A program made the position numbers and the translations under genes. A stretch of 64,000 bases of DNA from Octopus vulgaris. Taxonomy: Eukaryota. Where the stretch lies: NCBI GenBank assembly GCA_951406725.2, contig OX597815.1, positions 103,292,001 through 103,356,000 on the forward strand, given 5' to 3'. The notes beneath the pieces were generated by a model, which saw nothing but the letters and a program-made list of their open reading frames with translations, did no database searches and was not told where the DNA came from. Below are positions 42,040-55,540 of this stretch, piece after piece (the stretch's first letter is position 1; each line of letters starts with the position of its first letter).

Positions 42040-42624
42040 TATAGATATTTTCGATCTAATTTGGATTCTTTGCCATCAAATTTGAATTCTTTGCAATGAA
42101 GTTTGAATTCCTTGCAATATAATTTGAATTTTTCCATTGGTGCTCAAGCCTTGAAAAAAAAGTAGTTAAACTACATCAGCCGTAAGGGAATACATGTCTG
42201 TCTTATTTAACTCGTTCAGTAGAGCCCACCAATTGATATGTGAAAAGTTCGATGAAATAAATCATGAACACTGCGATAGCTTCTACCAAAAGATGCTCCG
42301 TTACGTCGACCGGCTTGAACAAGGGAAGATAACAGAAAAAGAATCATTCGTTTATTATCTCCCCTTGTCAGACCAGTCGACGTAACGGAGCACCTTTTGG
42401 TAGAAGCTATCACAGTGTTCATGAGTTATTTCATCGAATTTTTCACATATAAATTGGTGGGCTCTACTGGACGAGTTAGATAAGATAGACATGTATTCCC
42501 TTACGGCTGGTGTAGATTAACTGTTTTTTTTCAAGGCTTGAGCGCCAATTGAAAAATTCAAATTTGATTTCAAAGAATTCAAATTTGATAGCAGAGAATT
42601 CAAACTAGATCGAAAACATCTATA
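42040..42624. repeat. Long fold-back element (~270-290-bp arms, ~22-nt loop), MITE-like
   Basis: Arms 42040-42332 and 42355-42624; 21-bp subrepeats (aatttgaattctttgcaatga) x3 on the left and x2 on the right; TA flanks. Confidence 0.95.
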
Positions 42625-42639
42625 TACATATATATATAT

Positions 42640-42760
42640 ACAAGATGTGTTAGTTTACCGCTAGGGAAGTGAGAAAGTCTTTTACGTTTCGAGCCTACAC
42701 TCTTCCACAGAAAGGAACAGAAAATAAACATGGAGAGAAAGTAAAAGGTTTAGGTAGCGA
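42640..42760 (-). mobile_element. Family H1 repeat with hammerhead-like motif (42679-42714)
   Basis: Reverse complement cttt-CTGTGGA-a-gagtgtaggctc-GAAAcgTA-aaag. Confidence 0.7.
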
Positions 42761-42873
42761 TTATATATGTAGATATATATATATTATAAATATATATATA
42801 TATATATAATATATTATATATATATATATATTATTAATATTATGTAAGAGTGGCTAAATAGCATAGCGGTTTA

Positions 42874-42967
<94 letters not shown>

Positions 42968-43066
42968 GTACATATTATAGTATAGTGGCTAGCGATCTAA
43001 TCATAGTATATATATATATATACTGATGATATATATATATTTATATATATAATATATATATATATG

Positions 43067-43159
<93 letters not shown>

Positions 43160-43472
43160 CATATATATATATATATTATATATGTATATAGATATATATA
43201 TGACGAGCTATGTATGTGTGTATGTATGTATTTGTGTGTCTATGTTTGCCCTCCCAGCAATGCTTGGCAACCGATGTTGGTGTGTTTAAATCCCGGAAAT
43301 ATAGCGGTTCGGCAAAAGTGGCCGATAAAATAATTACTAGGCTTAAAAAGAATAAGACCTGGGGTCGATTTGTTCGACTAAATGTGATGCTGCAGCGTGG
43401 CCGCCGTTAGATTGCTCAAACAAGCAAAAGAATAATAAAAGAATATGCATACACACATACAAAATCACACTC

Positions 43473-44005
43473 AGGTATGGATGTGTGGTAAGACTTTTCC
43501 CTCCCAACCACATGGTTTCGGGTTCAGTAATGTCAGAGTGGTAACTTGGGCGTGTAATAATACCGTGATTATAAGATAAAAATGGTCTATGGGGGGAATA
43601 ACACTTTTACGTTTTTATTTTTTAAATACTTTTTCGTTTTCCGTTTTTTATTCTTCCACGTTTTCTATATGCTTCGTTCTTGAACTTTTGCGTTCCTTCT
43701 GTTCAATTTTTATTTCGTTATGCTATGTAGTTTGTGCCTGATGAGTGTGCAGAGATGCTACACATCATATAATTCATTATTTGGCGTGTTCTCAGAACAA
43801 GAAACTATTAGTAGCACATAAAAATATGTATTGTGACTATTAAATTATTGTTTCTCTCCTTGTTTTTTTTTCTGTGTCCCATTCTGTAGAAGAGCGTAAG
43901 CTCGAAACGTAAAAGACTTTTTCTATTCCTGAGCGTTATACTAATACATCTGTTTGTTTTGTACACCACCTGTCTTCGTCTTTTGTTTTTTTCGTGAACT
44001 CTCCC

Positions 44006-44104
<99 letters not shown>

Positions 44105-44520
44105 CGAGAGAGAAAGAGAGCGAGGATATTACTGTTTTGTTAAGGTTAGATTGACATAAAGTTATCTCTCCAGTGAGAGAGAAATATCATCTTATGTACA
44201 CACTATAAAAATTCGAGCTTCAAATTGTTTTTGCATTACAGAAGCAGGTTGTGTAACGCAAAACTGAAAGAAGCCTGCTGTATATATATACAAATGAATA
44301 TAAGTGTATGTGTATACACACGTGTGTGTGTATGTATCTTTGTGCCTCACTGACGTTTAACAGATGTGTTTGTGTGCTTGCATCCACGTAAACTAGCGGT
44401 ACGACGAAAAGATACGAAACAATAAGTATGACGCTTAAAAAAAACACTGTGATGGATCTAAAATTCTTCGACTGAAATCATTCAAGTCTGTACTCTACCA
44501 TGGCCGCAATGTAAATCTGG
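43473..44520 (+). mobile_element. Second split, degenerate SINE family A (head 43473-43555, tail ~44245-44520)
   Basis: ggatgtgtggtaag...cccaaccacatggtttcgggttcag; tail aaactgaaagaagcc...tagcggtacg...catggccgca. Confidence 0.6.
43830..44005 (+). mobile_element. Family H1 repeat with hammerhead-like motif (43880-43915)
   Basis: CTGTAGA-a-gagcgtaagctc-GAAAcgTA-aaag. Confidence 0.7.
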
Positions 44521-44535
44521 AACACATAAAGCACA

Positions 44536-44592
<57 letters not shown>

Positions 44593-44656
44593 TGTGTGTG
44601 CGCGTGTGTGTGTGTGTGTGAGTGTGTGTATGTATGTATTTATATATATATATATA

Positions 44657-44736
<80 letters not shown>

Positions 44737-46681
44737 TATATACATACATATGCATATGTGTGTTTTTGTGTGTTTGTGTGTATGTATTTGCGTGTGATTT
44801 GTGCCTTTATAAGTGTGTATGTATGTAACACCTGAAAGGTGATTCCTCAGCTATATTGATGAACATTTTACTTGGAATGTTCAATAAGTTGGGTTCAAAT
44901 ATAATAATCATCATGAATCCAACTATCGTTAGTTTTTGAGACTGTTCTCTAAAATTCTAATGCAAATCAACGTTGTCTGCCGGAGTTTTCTCCTGTGTTT
45001 GTGTTTACATTTCAATCATCACTAAAGAACATTCTATAATAATTATTCTGATAATCATATTTGGTTAAACCTTTTCAACTCCTTACATTACGTATGAGAC
45101 ACCTACGCTATTTTATTCAGTATTTTACACTGGTATCTATTACTGATATTCAAAATTACTGTCACTAAAATTTCCTAGATTTCTCTCTATATACTGATTG
45201 TTCTTAGTTTTGCTAGGTAGATTATTTTTGACTGAGAATGCCTAAAAAGACTGAAACGCATCCATCATTTCCACAATTATTTTTAAATATCAGATTCATT
45301 GCAACCTATATTGCCTGTCTTCTATAAACAAAAGCCGATCAATCTGTTTACTCATTTTGTTTTTTGATTTGAAATATATGTTGACTATTAATTGCTCCGA
45401 TAATTTCATATGTTTGAAGTTTTTCGCCTCCTTATGTTACATTCGTGACATATCACACTTTGTTCATCTAATGGAAATCGGGTTTACCATTTGTTGTAAC
45501 ATTTTTATATTACCACAGCAAATTGAATGAAATCTAACTTCCGAGACGGCAAACCGCTAAACTTAAGTAGCGTGAATTAGACATTAGCGTGAAGTAGACA
45601 TTATGCGACGTTAAACAAAATATAAAGATATGAAATAGTTGAAAATTACAAAGCTGTTTCATGAGAACGTCTGCTGCTGGAGTTTCTCTAACTTGAGTGA
45701 ATTTCATATCAAATCAGTACCTTTGTTTTACGCTTAGTAAAACTAAACATATAATTCGGGCATTCCAAAACTTTCCTCAAAAAATAACTGCAGAAAGTTA
45801 ATTTTACAACTATGACAGTATATGCAGTCTGTAAAAACGCCTTAACCAAACGCAGATAATTACTTTAAAGCTTATGGATTCGTACGATACAAAGGTTTCT
45901 ATGTTCAAGATAACATTATCTTTAGGCATTAGTAAGAACAGAAACGTGTAAGTCTTGTATGTTAAAAGCTAGCACGACAACGGTTCCTATCGGGCCGTTT
46001 GAAAAACATGCTAAAGTGTGGCGCCTGCAGACTAATTTCTATTAATCTCTCGACTTTCTATAGTCTATGAAATGTACCATCTTTTTTAGTGTTGCTTATA
46101 TAATTTTCTACATTGCATCGCCTTAAATAGTATAATGCAGTGTATTAAATTTATATTTATGTACGGAAGAGATCTGTACACATTTTGCAAAAATTGAGAT
46201 TAAACACAAGTATAAAGGTGTGGGTAAGAAGTTCATTTATTAAACATTTCTTCGAATCTGATCCACATGAGTTTCCCTTATGGTCTGCTTCGTCTGGAGT
46301 AGCATCACGTTCAAAGATTCCTGGTAAGGGAATATGGTACACGGAAAATATAGAGAATAATAATCCTTGAAAGCGATAGACCAGGATGGCCATAGACCAA
46401 CAAGTGGAACAAGTAAACGGATTAAACTATATTAACAAAACGAGAAAAAGCAAAATTTACCTGTTTAACACATGTCACTCTATTTTCTGGCATCATGTCG
46501 TACAAAATTGTTTGAGAATATTTATCCCATAAAAATTTACTTTAGTAAAACGACCAAAAATTTGTGCCAGTTATTCAAGTAACATTTCCCTCACTACTGA
46601 TATTGAAAAAAATCACTTTCACATTTGATAATTTTTGAATGAAATACAAGGATATGACACTTTTCGTAATATATATAAATT

Positions 46682-46730
<49 letters not shown>

Positions 46731-46738
46731 ATCTATCA

Positions 46739-46785
<47 letters not shown>

Positions 46786-46826
46786 ATATATTTATCTATC
46801 TATACATCTATCTATCTATCTATCTA

Positions 46827-46889
<63 letters not shown>

Positions 46890-47031
46890 ATATAAATATA
46901 TGTATATACTCATACACAAATATATATGAATGTGTGTTTCTGTACATATGATTACTTACCCTATATGTATATGTATACATAGATATATGTGTGTGCATGT
47001 ATGTGTGCATGTGTGTTTGTGTGTACATATA

Positions 47032-47092
<61 letters not shown>

Positions 47093-48057
47093 GTTTATAT
47101 ATGTATATGTATAATAAATCATATATTTTATTGATTAATGCAAGTTTCGAAAAGTGTATAAAATATATTTGCAAATTTCTCCAGGCTATAAAATTCCTTT
47201 GGATACAGAGAAATTTCAATAAGAAGAATACTTTTACAAATGATGTAAAACTTATCTACTTATCTTCTAGTCTATGTATCTTACACTGTATATATTTTTA
47301 TACAAGAGTTTATGTCACTGGAGAGTGGTGGGTATATTAGTGGAAGGAATTCAAAGGTCTGACGTTTTCTGCCTACACAAAGAAAAAATAGAACTAGCAA
47401 CATACTTGATACATTCTGAAATAATTTATCGTGTTAGCTTTCACCGTTTATTTAAATTCTCCTGTGTTGTATACTTCTTAGGAGTCATAAAAAGACTGTA
47501 AAAATGTATTTGAAAACCATCAAATATATTTCGATCCAAGTTCGAGGTACGTTTTTGTAACATTCTGTTAGTTGTTGATTCTTTATAAATATTAACGGAA
47601 GATTTCTCAAAATATGTTGATGGTAAAATTTCCTCCTATATTTACTTAGATGACGGTGTGGCAGTCATCATTACAGAAATTTCGCAAAAAGCTCACGCTT
47701 TATGATATAAATAAATATCTACTTTACTAAATTGCTGAGAAAGCGGCTACATAATGTAAAATACTACTGACAGAAGAATATATATTAAATTCAGTCCTTC
47801 CCCGTTGCTCCCAGAAAATATATCCTGCGCTGTAAGTATGCTTTTTTGGCGTGTTCATTACTCTAAGAGTGATGGTAAATAATCAGTTGTCTCAAAATGT
47901 CGCATCTTGGTGAAAAGAATATCAGGATACACTGCTTAAATTTTCTATATTTGCCTGGGCAATACATTCAAATGCATTGTTGATACCAAGGAGCATTAGT
48001 GGTAAAATGTTTCATTGTAGAATTTTAAAACATGCATTTACTGCATCTCCATTTTAT

Positions 48058-48096
<39 letters not shown>

Positions 48097-48099
48097 GTA

Positions 48100-48144
<45 letters not shown>

Positions 48145-48214
48145 GTGTGTATGTGTTTATGAATACACTTAACACATACAAACATAAATAAAGACATATC
48201 TATATATCTATCTT

Positions 48215-48264
<50 letters not shown>

Positions 48265-48299
48265 CATGGATACTCTCTGCTCGACCTCACATACTTGCA

Positions 48300-49541
48300 C
48301 TTCGACTAGCTTATAAGTCTGCATCCAAAACGGAATTACAATGTTCTGGACCTCTGTTTTACGAATAACACGGGGCCGATCCATAATCTTGTGGTGACAC
48401 AGACTATGTTCGTGGACCATAGCTTAATAGAACTAAAAATGTATGGTTCGTAGAAAATTGCAGACATGCAGGTTACAAGAATCACCCAGCCCCTCTACCA
48501 GTCTGAAACTTTATAAAGCTGATCGGAAGGCTATTGAGAAAGAAGTCATGAACCACAACTAATGTACCATTCTCTACGCAGGATATTGACACATAGCTAC
48601 AGCATTTTATGACAATTGCGTATGATATATGCTGTACGTTGGCTCCAGAGAGAATGTCAAACTGACAGAAGAGGGACAGAGCGATTCTGATGACACGATG
48701 CGCACAAATCTCGAGCCGAGTAAATGGTTTACTAAAGGATAGCGAAAACTCCTCTCTCAAACAAACATTGCGTGTGTTTAAAAGTGAACTCAAACACATG
48801 AAAAGAGGAAGGCGAAGAAAGAAGGTTGGGCTGTAAAAGTGTAAACACAAACCCTAAAAACGTCTATAGATTTGCAAGAGAGTCTACTTCAGTATGGTAC
48901 AAGATAGGGCTACTGTTGAAGGAAAATGGCTCACTGATTGCAGATACCCGGAGGATAAATGAAATATTGAATGTGTAGTACAAAATACTTGCCCCAACTA
49001 AGTTGGGACACTTGCATATAGCTATCTTGACAGATTATTCGGTACACCAGCTCTACATAAAGTGATGGCAATTATTGCTTACATCGAAATTGAGAAAACT
49101 GATGTAATATCAGCCTTTCATTCAGCAAAAGACCTTAATGGATTCTCAGCAATCCTTCTAGAGAAATGGAAAAGGGCTCTAGCAAACCACTAGCAGATCC
49201 TCTTCCAAAGCTTCCTTACAAATGAGAGACTTCCTAAAAGTTTAAAGGAAGGCGTAGTATATTCTATCCATAATTGAAGAAACTGCGAATTCTCTAATTT
49301 ATTGCTCTGTCTCACTAGTCTCGCATGTCAGCAGAGTCATGTAACGCATTTTCAGGAGGAAGTTGATCAAATTCTTAGAAGATAATTAGCTCACTGTTCA
49401 ATGAGTCCTGGCTATTTAATGCCTTGCCAAAACATCTGAGATATCTTCATGGAATAGAGTTAGATGTTTTCAAGAAACATCTTGACCTTCAAGAAACAAC
49501 TTGACATGGTTCCAGATCAATCTATAACATGGCAAGAATAT
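48300..49541 (+). mobile_element. Decayed, internally deleted CR1/L2-group LINE ORF2
   Basis: APE end HPKRNYNVLDLCFTNN...FVDHSLI; LNFYKAD; RT start NGFSAILL..ILFQSFLTNERLPKSLKEGVVYSIH; C-terminus WLFNALPKHLR..FKKHLD. Confidence 0.8.
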
Positions 49542-50260
49542 CGGATCTAGGACAATTCGCCGTTGGGCAATTCGCCATAGGACTATGCGCCGTAAGACTA
49601 TTCACCGTACGGATATTTCGCCTCAATGATATTTTGTAGCAAAGCATAAAAAGAGAAGGATAAAAAAATAAAAATAAAAATAATGAAGGTCATACATTTG
49701 ATTTAAAAAGAGTGAAGGCCACACACTTTATTTAAAAGTTAGGCTAAAAAACTAAAAAGCTAAAAATCATTTGCACGCAAACAATGTTGTTTTTGATTTT
49801 GATCGTGACAACTGACAAGACTTAGTATGCGCTTATAAACATGTTTGTAATTTTTTGGGGTTGCAGTTTATCCTCTTGCTACACGGTTTACCTTCTTTTA
49901 AGAAAGAGATTTCTCATATCTCAAAACATGTTTCCATAAATTTGGATGAATATTTGTAACAGTTGCTTGCAACGCATTATGGAAACCCTCTACTCCATTG
50001 TTGGTGTTAGCCAGCTGATTTAGGGCTTTTTCATACATATTCCAAAGACCAATAGGAAAAGTAGAAAGAATTTTACGTCTACGAGATCCCCTGCTCTCTA
50101 CCCACCAATGTAATGCGTTTCAACATATGACACAAGTTCTTGTGGCAAGTCATGGTCATTCACAAGCTCTATAGGTGTCTGGAGGCGAGATGAATGCAAG
50201 TGCTATAAGGCATTTTACTTTTGTGTTAAAAGTTAAAATCACAATCAGTTTAGTACTTAA
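49542..50260 (-). mobile_element. MULE/Mutator-like DNA transposon 3' part with subterminal tandem repeats
   Basis: LIALAFISP...SYVETHYIG...FPIGLWNMY...NTNNGVEGFHNAL...HPNLW; five ~15-bp ggacaattcgccgta-like repeats at 49550-49622. Confidence 0.8.
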
Positions 50261-50282
50261 GCCCAATATCTGTCACATTTCT

Positions 50283-50552
50283 GTGAATTTGAACTCAGAA
50301 CGTCGCGGCAGACGAAATACCTATTTCTTTACTACCCACAAGGGGCTAAACACAGAAAGGATAAACAAGGTCAGACAAACGGACTAAGTCCATTGTATCG
50401 ACCCCAGTGCGTAACTGGTACTTATTTAATCGACCCCGAAAGGATGAAAGGCAAAGTCGACATCGGACTTTGAACTCAAAACGTAACGGCAGACGAAATA
50501 GCGCTAAACATTTCGCCCGGCGTGCTAACGTTTCTGCCAGCTCGCCGCCTTA
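50283..50552 (-). mobile_element. SINE family B
   Basis: Reverse complement aaggcggcgagctggcagaaacgttagcacgccgggcg...ctttcatcctttcggggtcgattaaataagtaccag; head segment repeated at its 3' end. Confidence 0.9.
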
Positions 50553-52887
50553 GTTCAACTAAATTATTATTGAAGATATTGCTAAAAGTAGCGTACTGTT
50601 TGTAAATAGCTGATATAAAGGTGTAGACGGGGAATATAAAATTCATTGCATGTTTAGGTTCTTAGACAGACTAAAATGTCGATTAAAATAAAAAGGGGCT
50701 TGTGTCTTCGAACCAAAAGAATGTGTTGCCATAACTACTGAAAAAAAATATAGTATTTTAGAAATGAGTGGTAAAATATTTCCGAATTTCCTACATCATG
50801 CGGACGTTATAGCTTTTAAAGGCATGAAGCTTATATAAATAATTATACCAATCTCTAGTGCAAGGGATTATATTCTTTAAAAAAATGTTCCTTCCTTCCC
50901 TCAGCTTTATATTCTTTCTGCACTCTGAAATATATTGGTCGACAGACTACTTGATAATTCAGACTGTAAGTACGAAAATGTAGAAGATAAAGTAGAAGAT
51001 AAAAATATAGAATGTAGCTTTAACTTGGCATTTTATACGATGCAAACAAAAAGCCCACAAGTTATAAGTCACATTGACCATTGTTTATTTTCTGAAATTC
51101 AGTACTGTAAATCAGTCAAGCAATAAATATATTTGATTGGCAGCTCACACTCTAAATCAATATAAAGGAGAAGCAAAAGTTCAAAGATTTGTGAAAGAAA
51201 TTGATTTGAAATGGAAATAAAAAAGCATTTCCCCGCTATGGAGTATTAGTCAATATTTTATCAATGTTAGAATATAAAATATTTTCAGAAAAGAAAATAA
51301 CTCTTACAACAATAGTTGTAATCTTAAAATCCATTGGGGCCCTACGCATTGCTCTTTTATATAATATCAGTAAAATGCATGCCAATAGTTTAACATTTAT
51401 TGCTCTGAGTCGCCTTTGTTGTAGAATTTTGAAACGATTCAAAGAAGGAAGGCATAGTATAATGGACAGAGAGTTTTAAAGAATAATCTGAAGGTTGTAA
51501 GCAAGGCAAGACTAAATATCAAATGTAGAAAGCCTGTTGTGTCCTTTCTTAATTGAGTCTGTAGCTGTAATATTATGTGCAATAACAGCAGATGTTGTAG
51601 TGGCAGCAACAACTTTAACAGCAGCAATAAAACAGTAGCAGTTGGAACAATGGCATTAACAGCAGCAGCATTCACTCTCGTAACAAGTAAAACTGTCGCC
51701 GAGAAAATAATGAATATATCAGAATTATTGCCGATGGGAAAGAAAGATCGAATAACATATATTTTCAATTGACAATCTTTTATCTTTTGGGAGTGGAGAT
51801 GTCAAATTTGCTATCGAAAATAGCATTTAAGTCTCCCTAGAATTAGTAACATCACTTCGATTGAATATTCTCTTAAAAACTAATTTGGTTTTTCTGGTTT
51901 TATTTCAATTTTAATAAAAAATCATATAAATGGAAGAATAATGTACAGGTAGAGCATTATATTTTTTACGTTATTAATATATTATTCAGAAAAAAATATA
52001 TGGAAAGTTTTATTCTAATTCTTTCGTTCCTAACGTGCACTGCTAATGATATTTATATGACAAATTATTAATATTTGCTTTCGATGATAACTGATGAACG
52101 TTTTAAACCTACGTGCAATTAATACGCCACTTCGAGATGCATTTATATGGAATATGTAAGGATAAAAATTTAAGAATATTAAGTTGTTTTCCTTACGGAT
52201 ATATTATATTAAATTCTTTCTGGAAAATATTACTCGACAGAGACTGTCAAATATTATTCGACAGAGATAATCAAAGAGTATTTTGTGTGCATATATATAT
52301 ATAAATATTAGAAAAAAACTCCTTTTATCAATTCAAAATGAATAATTAAATTACACCATCTAGAAAATTACATATTGAATTCTTTTTCCTTGTAAGTTTG
52401 GATTTTATTCCTTCAAATAATAATTTATATATATATATATACACACACGTGTATGTGTGCATAACATACATAACAAACTATTTCGACTGCATTATATAAC
52501 GCAAGTGAAATTGTACAGGTGATTCTACTGAGAAATGCATACAGAACAGTTATTAATTTAAACAAGTAATCCCATGTTTAGATATTAAGTTGCAGCTTGA
52601 CAGGATTAAACATTAGGCTCTACGATTTCATAGATTCACATGGATTCACATTTACTATATCCGATTTTCTTAACTTAATCATCTAACGTTTATCACAATT
52701 CACGAATATATTATTATCATTTTTAATCATCATTAGCAAAACTGGGCATTATCTTGAATAATGTTTTAAACTAGTACATTTCCAATGTCGCTCAAATTTC
52801 GATGTCTTTACGCAATTTATTGGCAATGAAATATCATACCTCATAACAATACCTCATAACTTTGCAAAATTCGAATTGCGCTGATAA

Positions 52888-53006
52888 TTTCTTCTTCTTC
52901 TTCTTCTTCTTCTTCTTCTTCTTCTTCTTCTTCTTCTTCTTCTTCTTCTTCTTCTTCTTCTTCTTCTTCTTCTTCTTCTTCTTCTTCTTCTTCTTCTTCT
53001 TCTTCA
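52888..53006. repeat. (TTC)n microsatellite
   Basis: Directly visible. Confidence 0.97.
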
Positions 53007-53599
53007 TCGTCTTCTTTACTTTCTCATCCTCATCTTCCACCTCTTCTTCATTCTACTTCTTTGTCTTCTTACACGCCTTTTAGTATTGTTTTGCTTGCAA
53101 GTAAAACACATTCTTTGAAAGCTCATAAGTTTCTATTGCATGTTGCTTTGTACCATTTCATTAAGGATCTAAGCACCATGTGATAATACTATTTGGCTTT
53201 GAGAAATTGTAATCACTTTCATGTTGCATTATGAAGCTTTTTAATAGCTAAGTTGAATATTAAGAATATGACTTAGCAAATCTAGGGGCAATTAGCTGGT
53301 CCATCAGCCAATACATTACTAATTTCCGATTGCTACCTTTTAATTGAGAATGTTCAAACAACAACTGTAAACTCAACATCAACGCCGACGAAAGCAACAC
53401 AAATACAAAGAGAAAAAAAAAACATGTGAAAGCATCACTAATTCAGGAACCGCTGTCACAAACAGTTCTGAATGAAACAAAACAAACAAAATTGAGCATC
53501 GAAAACAGAAAAAAGAAGAACCAAATTGTTAATTCAGGGCACCTGAAAATTCTAACTTCACCGGCACCACCACCATCACTTAATCAAGGAATGCCATCA

Positions 53600-54130
53600 A
53601 CAAGGCTTGCCCAAAATCAGCGCAGAGCAACCAACATTCTCTGTGCATATTTGTTCTGTGCCAGAGCAGATACTTTGGGCAGATTTTCTATCTGCCCAAA
53701 CTATCGTGAAGATACTCCCACCGCCTACCTTTCGTCGAGAGGACTGGTGCTGTATATCTGCATAGTATTCTTAGCGAAACATGTGGTGTGGTACACAAGG
53801 TTGAAAGGGAAGAACTGAGAGGTCTTCCTATTTAGTCAAGCCTTCATCAGCAAAGGAAAATAAGAACGGAGTGGGAAGTGCTTTCTAGAAAACTTTTTGA
53901 AAGGTGTGTGGAGTAGCAAATTGGTCTGAATGCGATAATCCTGTTCTGGGCACGAGTCAGGAGATTGAGACAAGAGGATGAGGACGGTCCACTTGTCCTA
54001 GTGTTGAAGATGACCGCCGATTTGTGGGTTTTCCCCACAAACACTTTAGTCACCCGATTTGGGGTGGGGGTACTATTTATTTAAAACGTTTTTCCTTAAC
54101 TCATAGCTTTTGTTATAAATTTGCTGTCCC
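53600..54130 (+). mobile_element. Tx1/L1-like ORF2 C-terminal fragment and 3' UTR
   Basis: TNILCAYLFC; TIVKILPPP; AKHVVWYTRLKG; KIRTEWEVLS, as in the L1/Tx1 C-terminal Cys-rich region (K..IW..R motif). Confidence 0.55.
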
Positions 54131-54269
54131 GTACAAATTCCTCTGTTTTTTCTGGTTTGTACCAATGTGTTTTTACTTCTTTCTGTTAAAATAAGAAACA
54201 ATTATAATTAGAATTGTCATTGATGTGCATTTCACTTCCTCCGGCTAATTCTGTAAGACAAATAAACCA

Positions 54270-54510
54270 CCTGTTGTCAAGGGTTTCACATAGCCTTCTT
54301 CCACGATACTTAATTCCAAGTACCAGCCTCAAAATCCTTCTGGGCCCCATTAAAACCCCTACGGCAGTTATTTTCTTCATTGACCACATTTGTGTAACCT
54401 CATCTTGTAGTGGTTTGTATTTCTCGATCTTTTCCAGTTCTCTATCATCTAATCGTTCATCCTCGAACATGGCAATATCTCTGATCTTGTTGTCTTCATG
54501 AGTCATTAGG
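54270..54510 (-). mobile_element. Degenerate R4/Dong RLE fragment
   Basis: DIAMFED..DRELEKIEKYKPLQDEVTQMWSMKKIT, homologous to the 36.7-36.9 kb units. Confidence 0.65.
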
Positions 54511-54529
54511 TTGTGGCGGAGAATGACCA

Positions 54530-55540
54530 AAAGTAAGGAGCAAATCGAATTCATCCAAGCTCTCTATGAAAATTCAAGCAGTGCAGTTTCCCTTCTCCTG
54601 AACATCAGCATCGGATAATTTTTCAGGACAACAGCGGGGATTCGATAAGGATGTTTCCTCTCTCCGGTGCTTTCCATCATCTTCTTGGAAAACATCTTGC
54701 AGGAGACACTTTAAGACCTCCACACAACTGTTTCCATTGGAAGACAACCCATTTTCAAACGCCGCTTTTCTGATAATATTCTCCAGTTACGAAGCAGACC
54801 AGAGAAGTTCACCACCACACTGGAAAAAGTATCAAGAGCAAAGGGGATGGATATCTGTCCAGAAAAGAGCAACAAACTGGTTCATAGTAACAACCAAACT
54901 ACAGTAACCAACATGATGCAAAACGGGGGGAAACTTGATGAAGGGAATACATGAAAGTATCTAGAATCCACTCTGTCAGAGGACGGCATACCTCAAGGTA
55001 ACAATAAAACTTAATTTAGCCTCTGTTGCCATCACGAAGATGAACACACCATATGGAAAAACAATTTCATTAGTTTTCCAAGAAAACTTAGTGTGCAAGT
55101 TCTTGGTGACCTCGATCCGTCTGTATGGATGTAAGAGCTGGGTTCTTACAGCTGACATGGAGCAAAGACTGTAGGCATTTGAACATAAGTGCTTCAGAAG
55201 GTTGCTAGACATCTCGTACTGAGAGCACAAACTGAACAGGAAGCAAGTCAACAAATACGCTTACAGGTAATATCCTTTGCGGAGGTAAAAGGACGAAAGC
55301 TTACCTGCTGCAATCAATTATCCCGTCACAACTCCCGTCCAAAACCATTCTTCAGGACACAGCTGAGAGAGACCGAAAGCCATGTATGCAGAGAAAATCC
55401 TAGTTTGAAAATATGAAGCGCTGGACAGGTTACAACACATGACAGACGGCAGAAACCAGTGGCGATGGCTGACTACGAAAGCTTTTAGAGTGGCACGCCA
55501 ATGACTGACTGCAGCAGTTAAGGGATCATGATGATGATGA
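54530..55540 (+). mobile_element. Decayed RTE-clade LINE (RT to 3' end)
   Basis: IQALYENSSSAV..FFRTTAGIR*GCFLSPVL..FLENILQETL; LYGCKSWVLTAD..AFEHKCFRRLL; (TGA)n tail at about 55528-55540. Confidence 0.85.

Larger units (their letters stand above)
41890..43445 (+). mobile_element. SINE family A with nested insertions in its internal TA tract (head 41890-42035, tail 43210-43445)
   Basis: Head and tail are collinear with the 18603-19050 copy. Confidence 0.85.

Noticed and set aside
42194-42422. Mirror-image ORFs on both strands
   Set aside because: By-product of the palindrome; short and with no recognisable domain
43735-43775. Hammerhead candidate ctgatgagtgtgcagagatgctacac
   Set aside because: Stem II is present but GAAA and stem III are missing
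46157-46393. Possible exon or integrase tail (HVDQIRR in one minus frame)
   Set aside because: An acceptor-like site is present but there is no supporting donor or further motif; cannot be assigned
49550-49622. CRISPR-like short repeat array
   Set aside because: Repeats are contiguous with no spacers, the context is eukaryotic and there are no cas genes; explained as MULE subterminal repeats
51439-51772. Hydrophobic ORF resembling a membrane protein
   Set aside because: Derived from decayed (CAG/CAA)n low-complexity sequence; no splice or homology support
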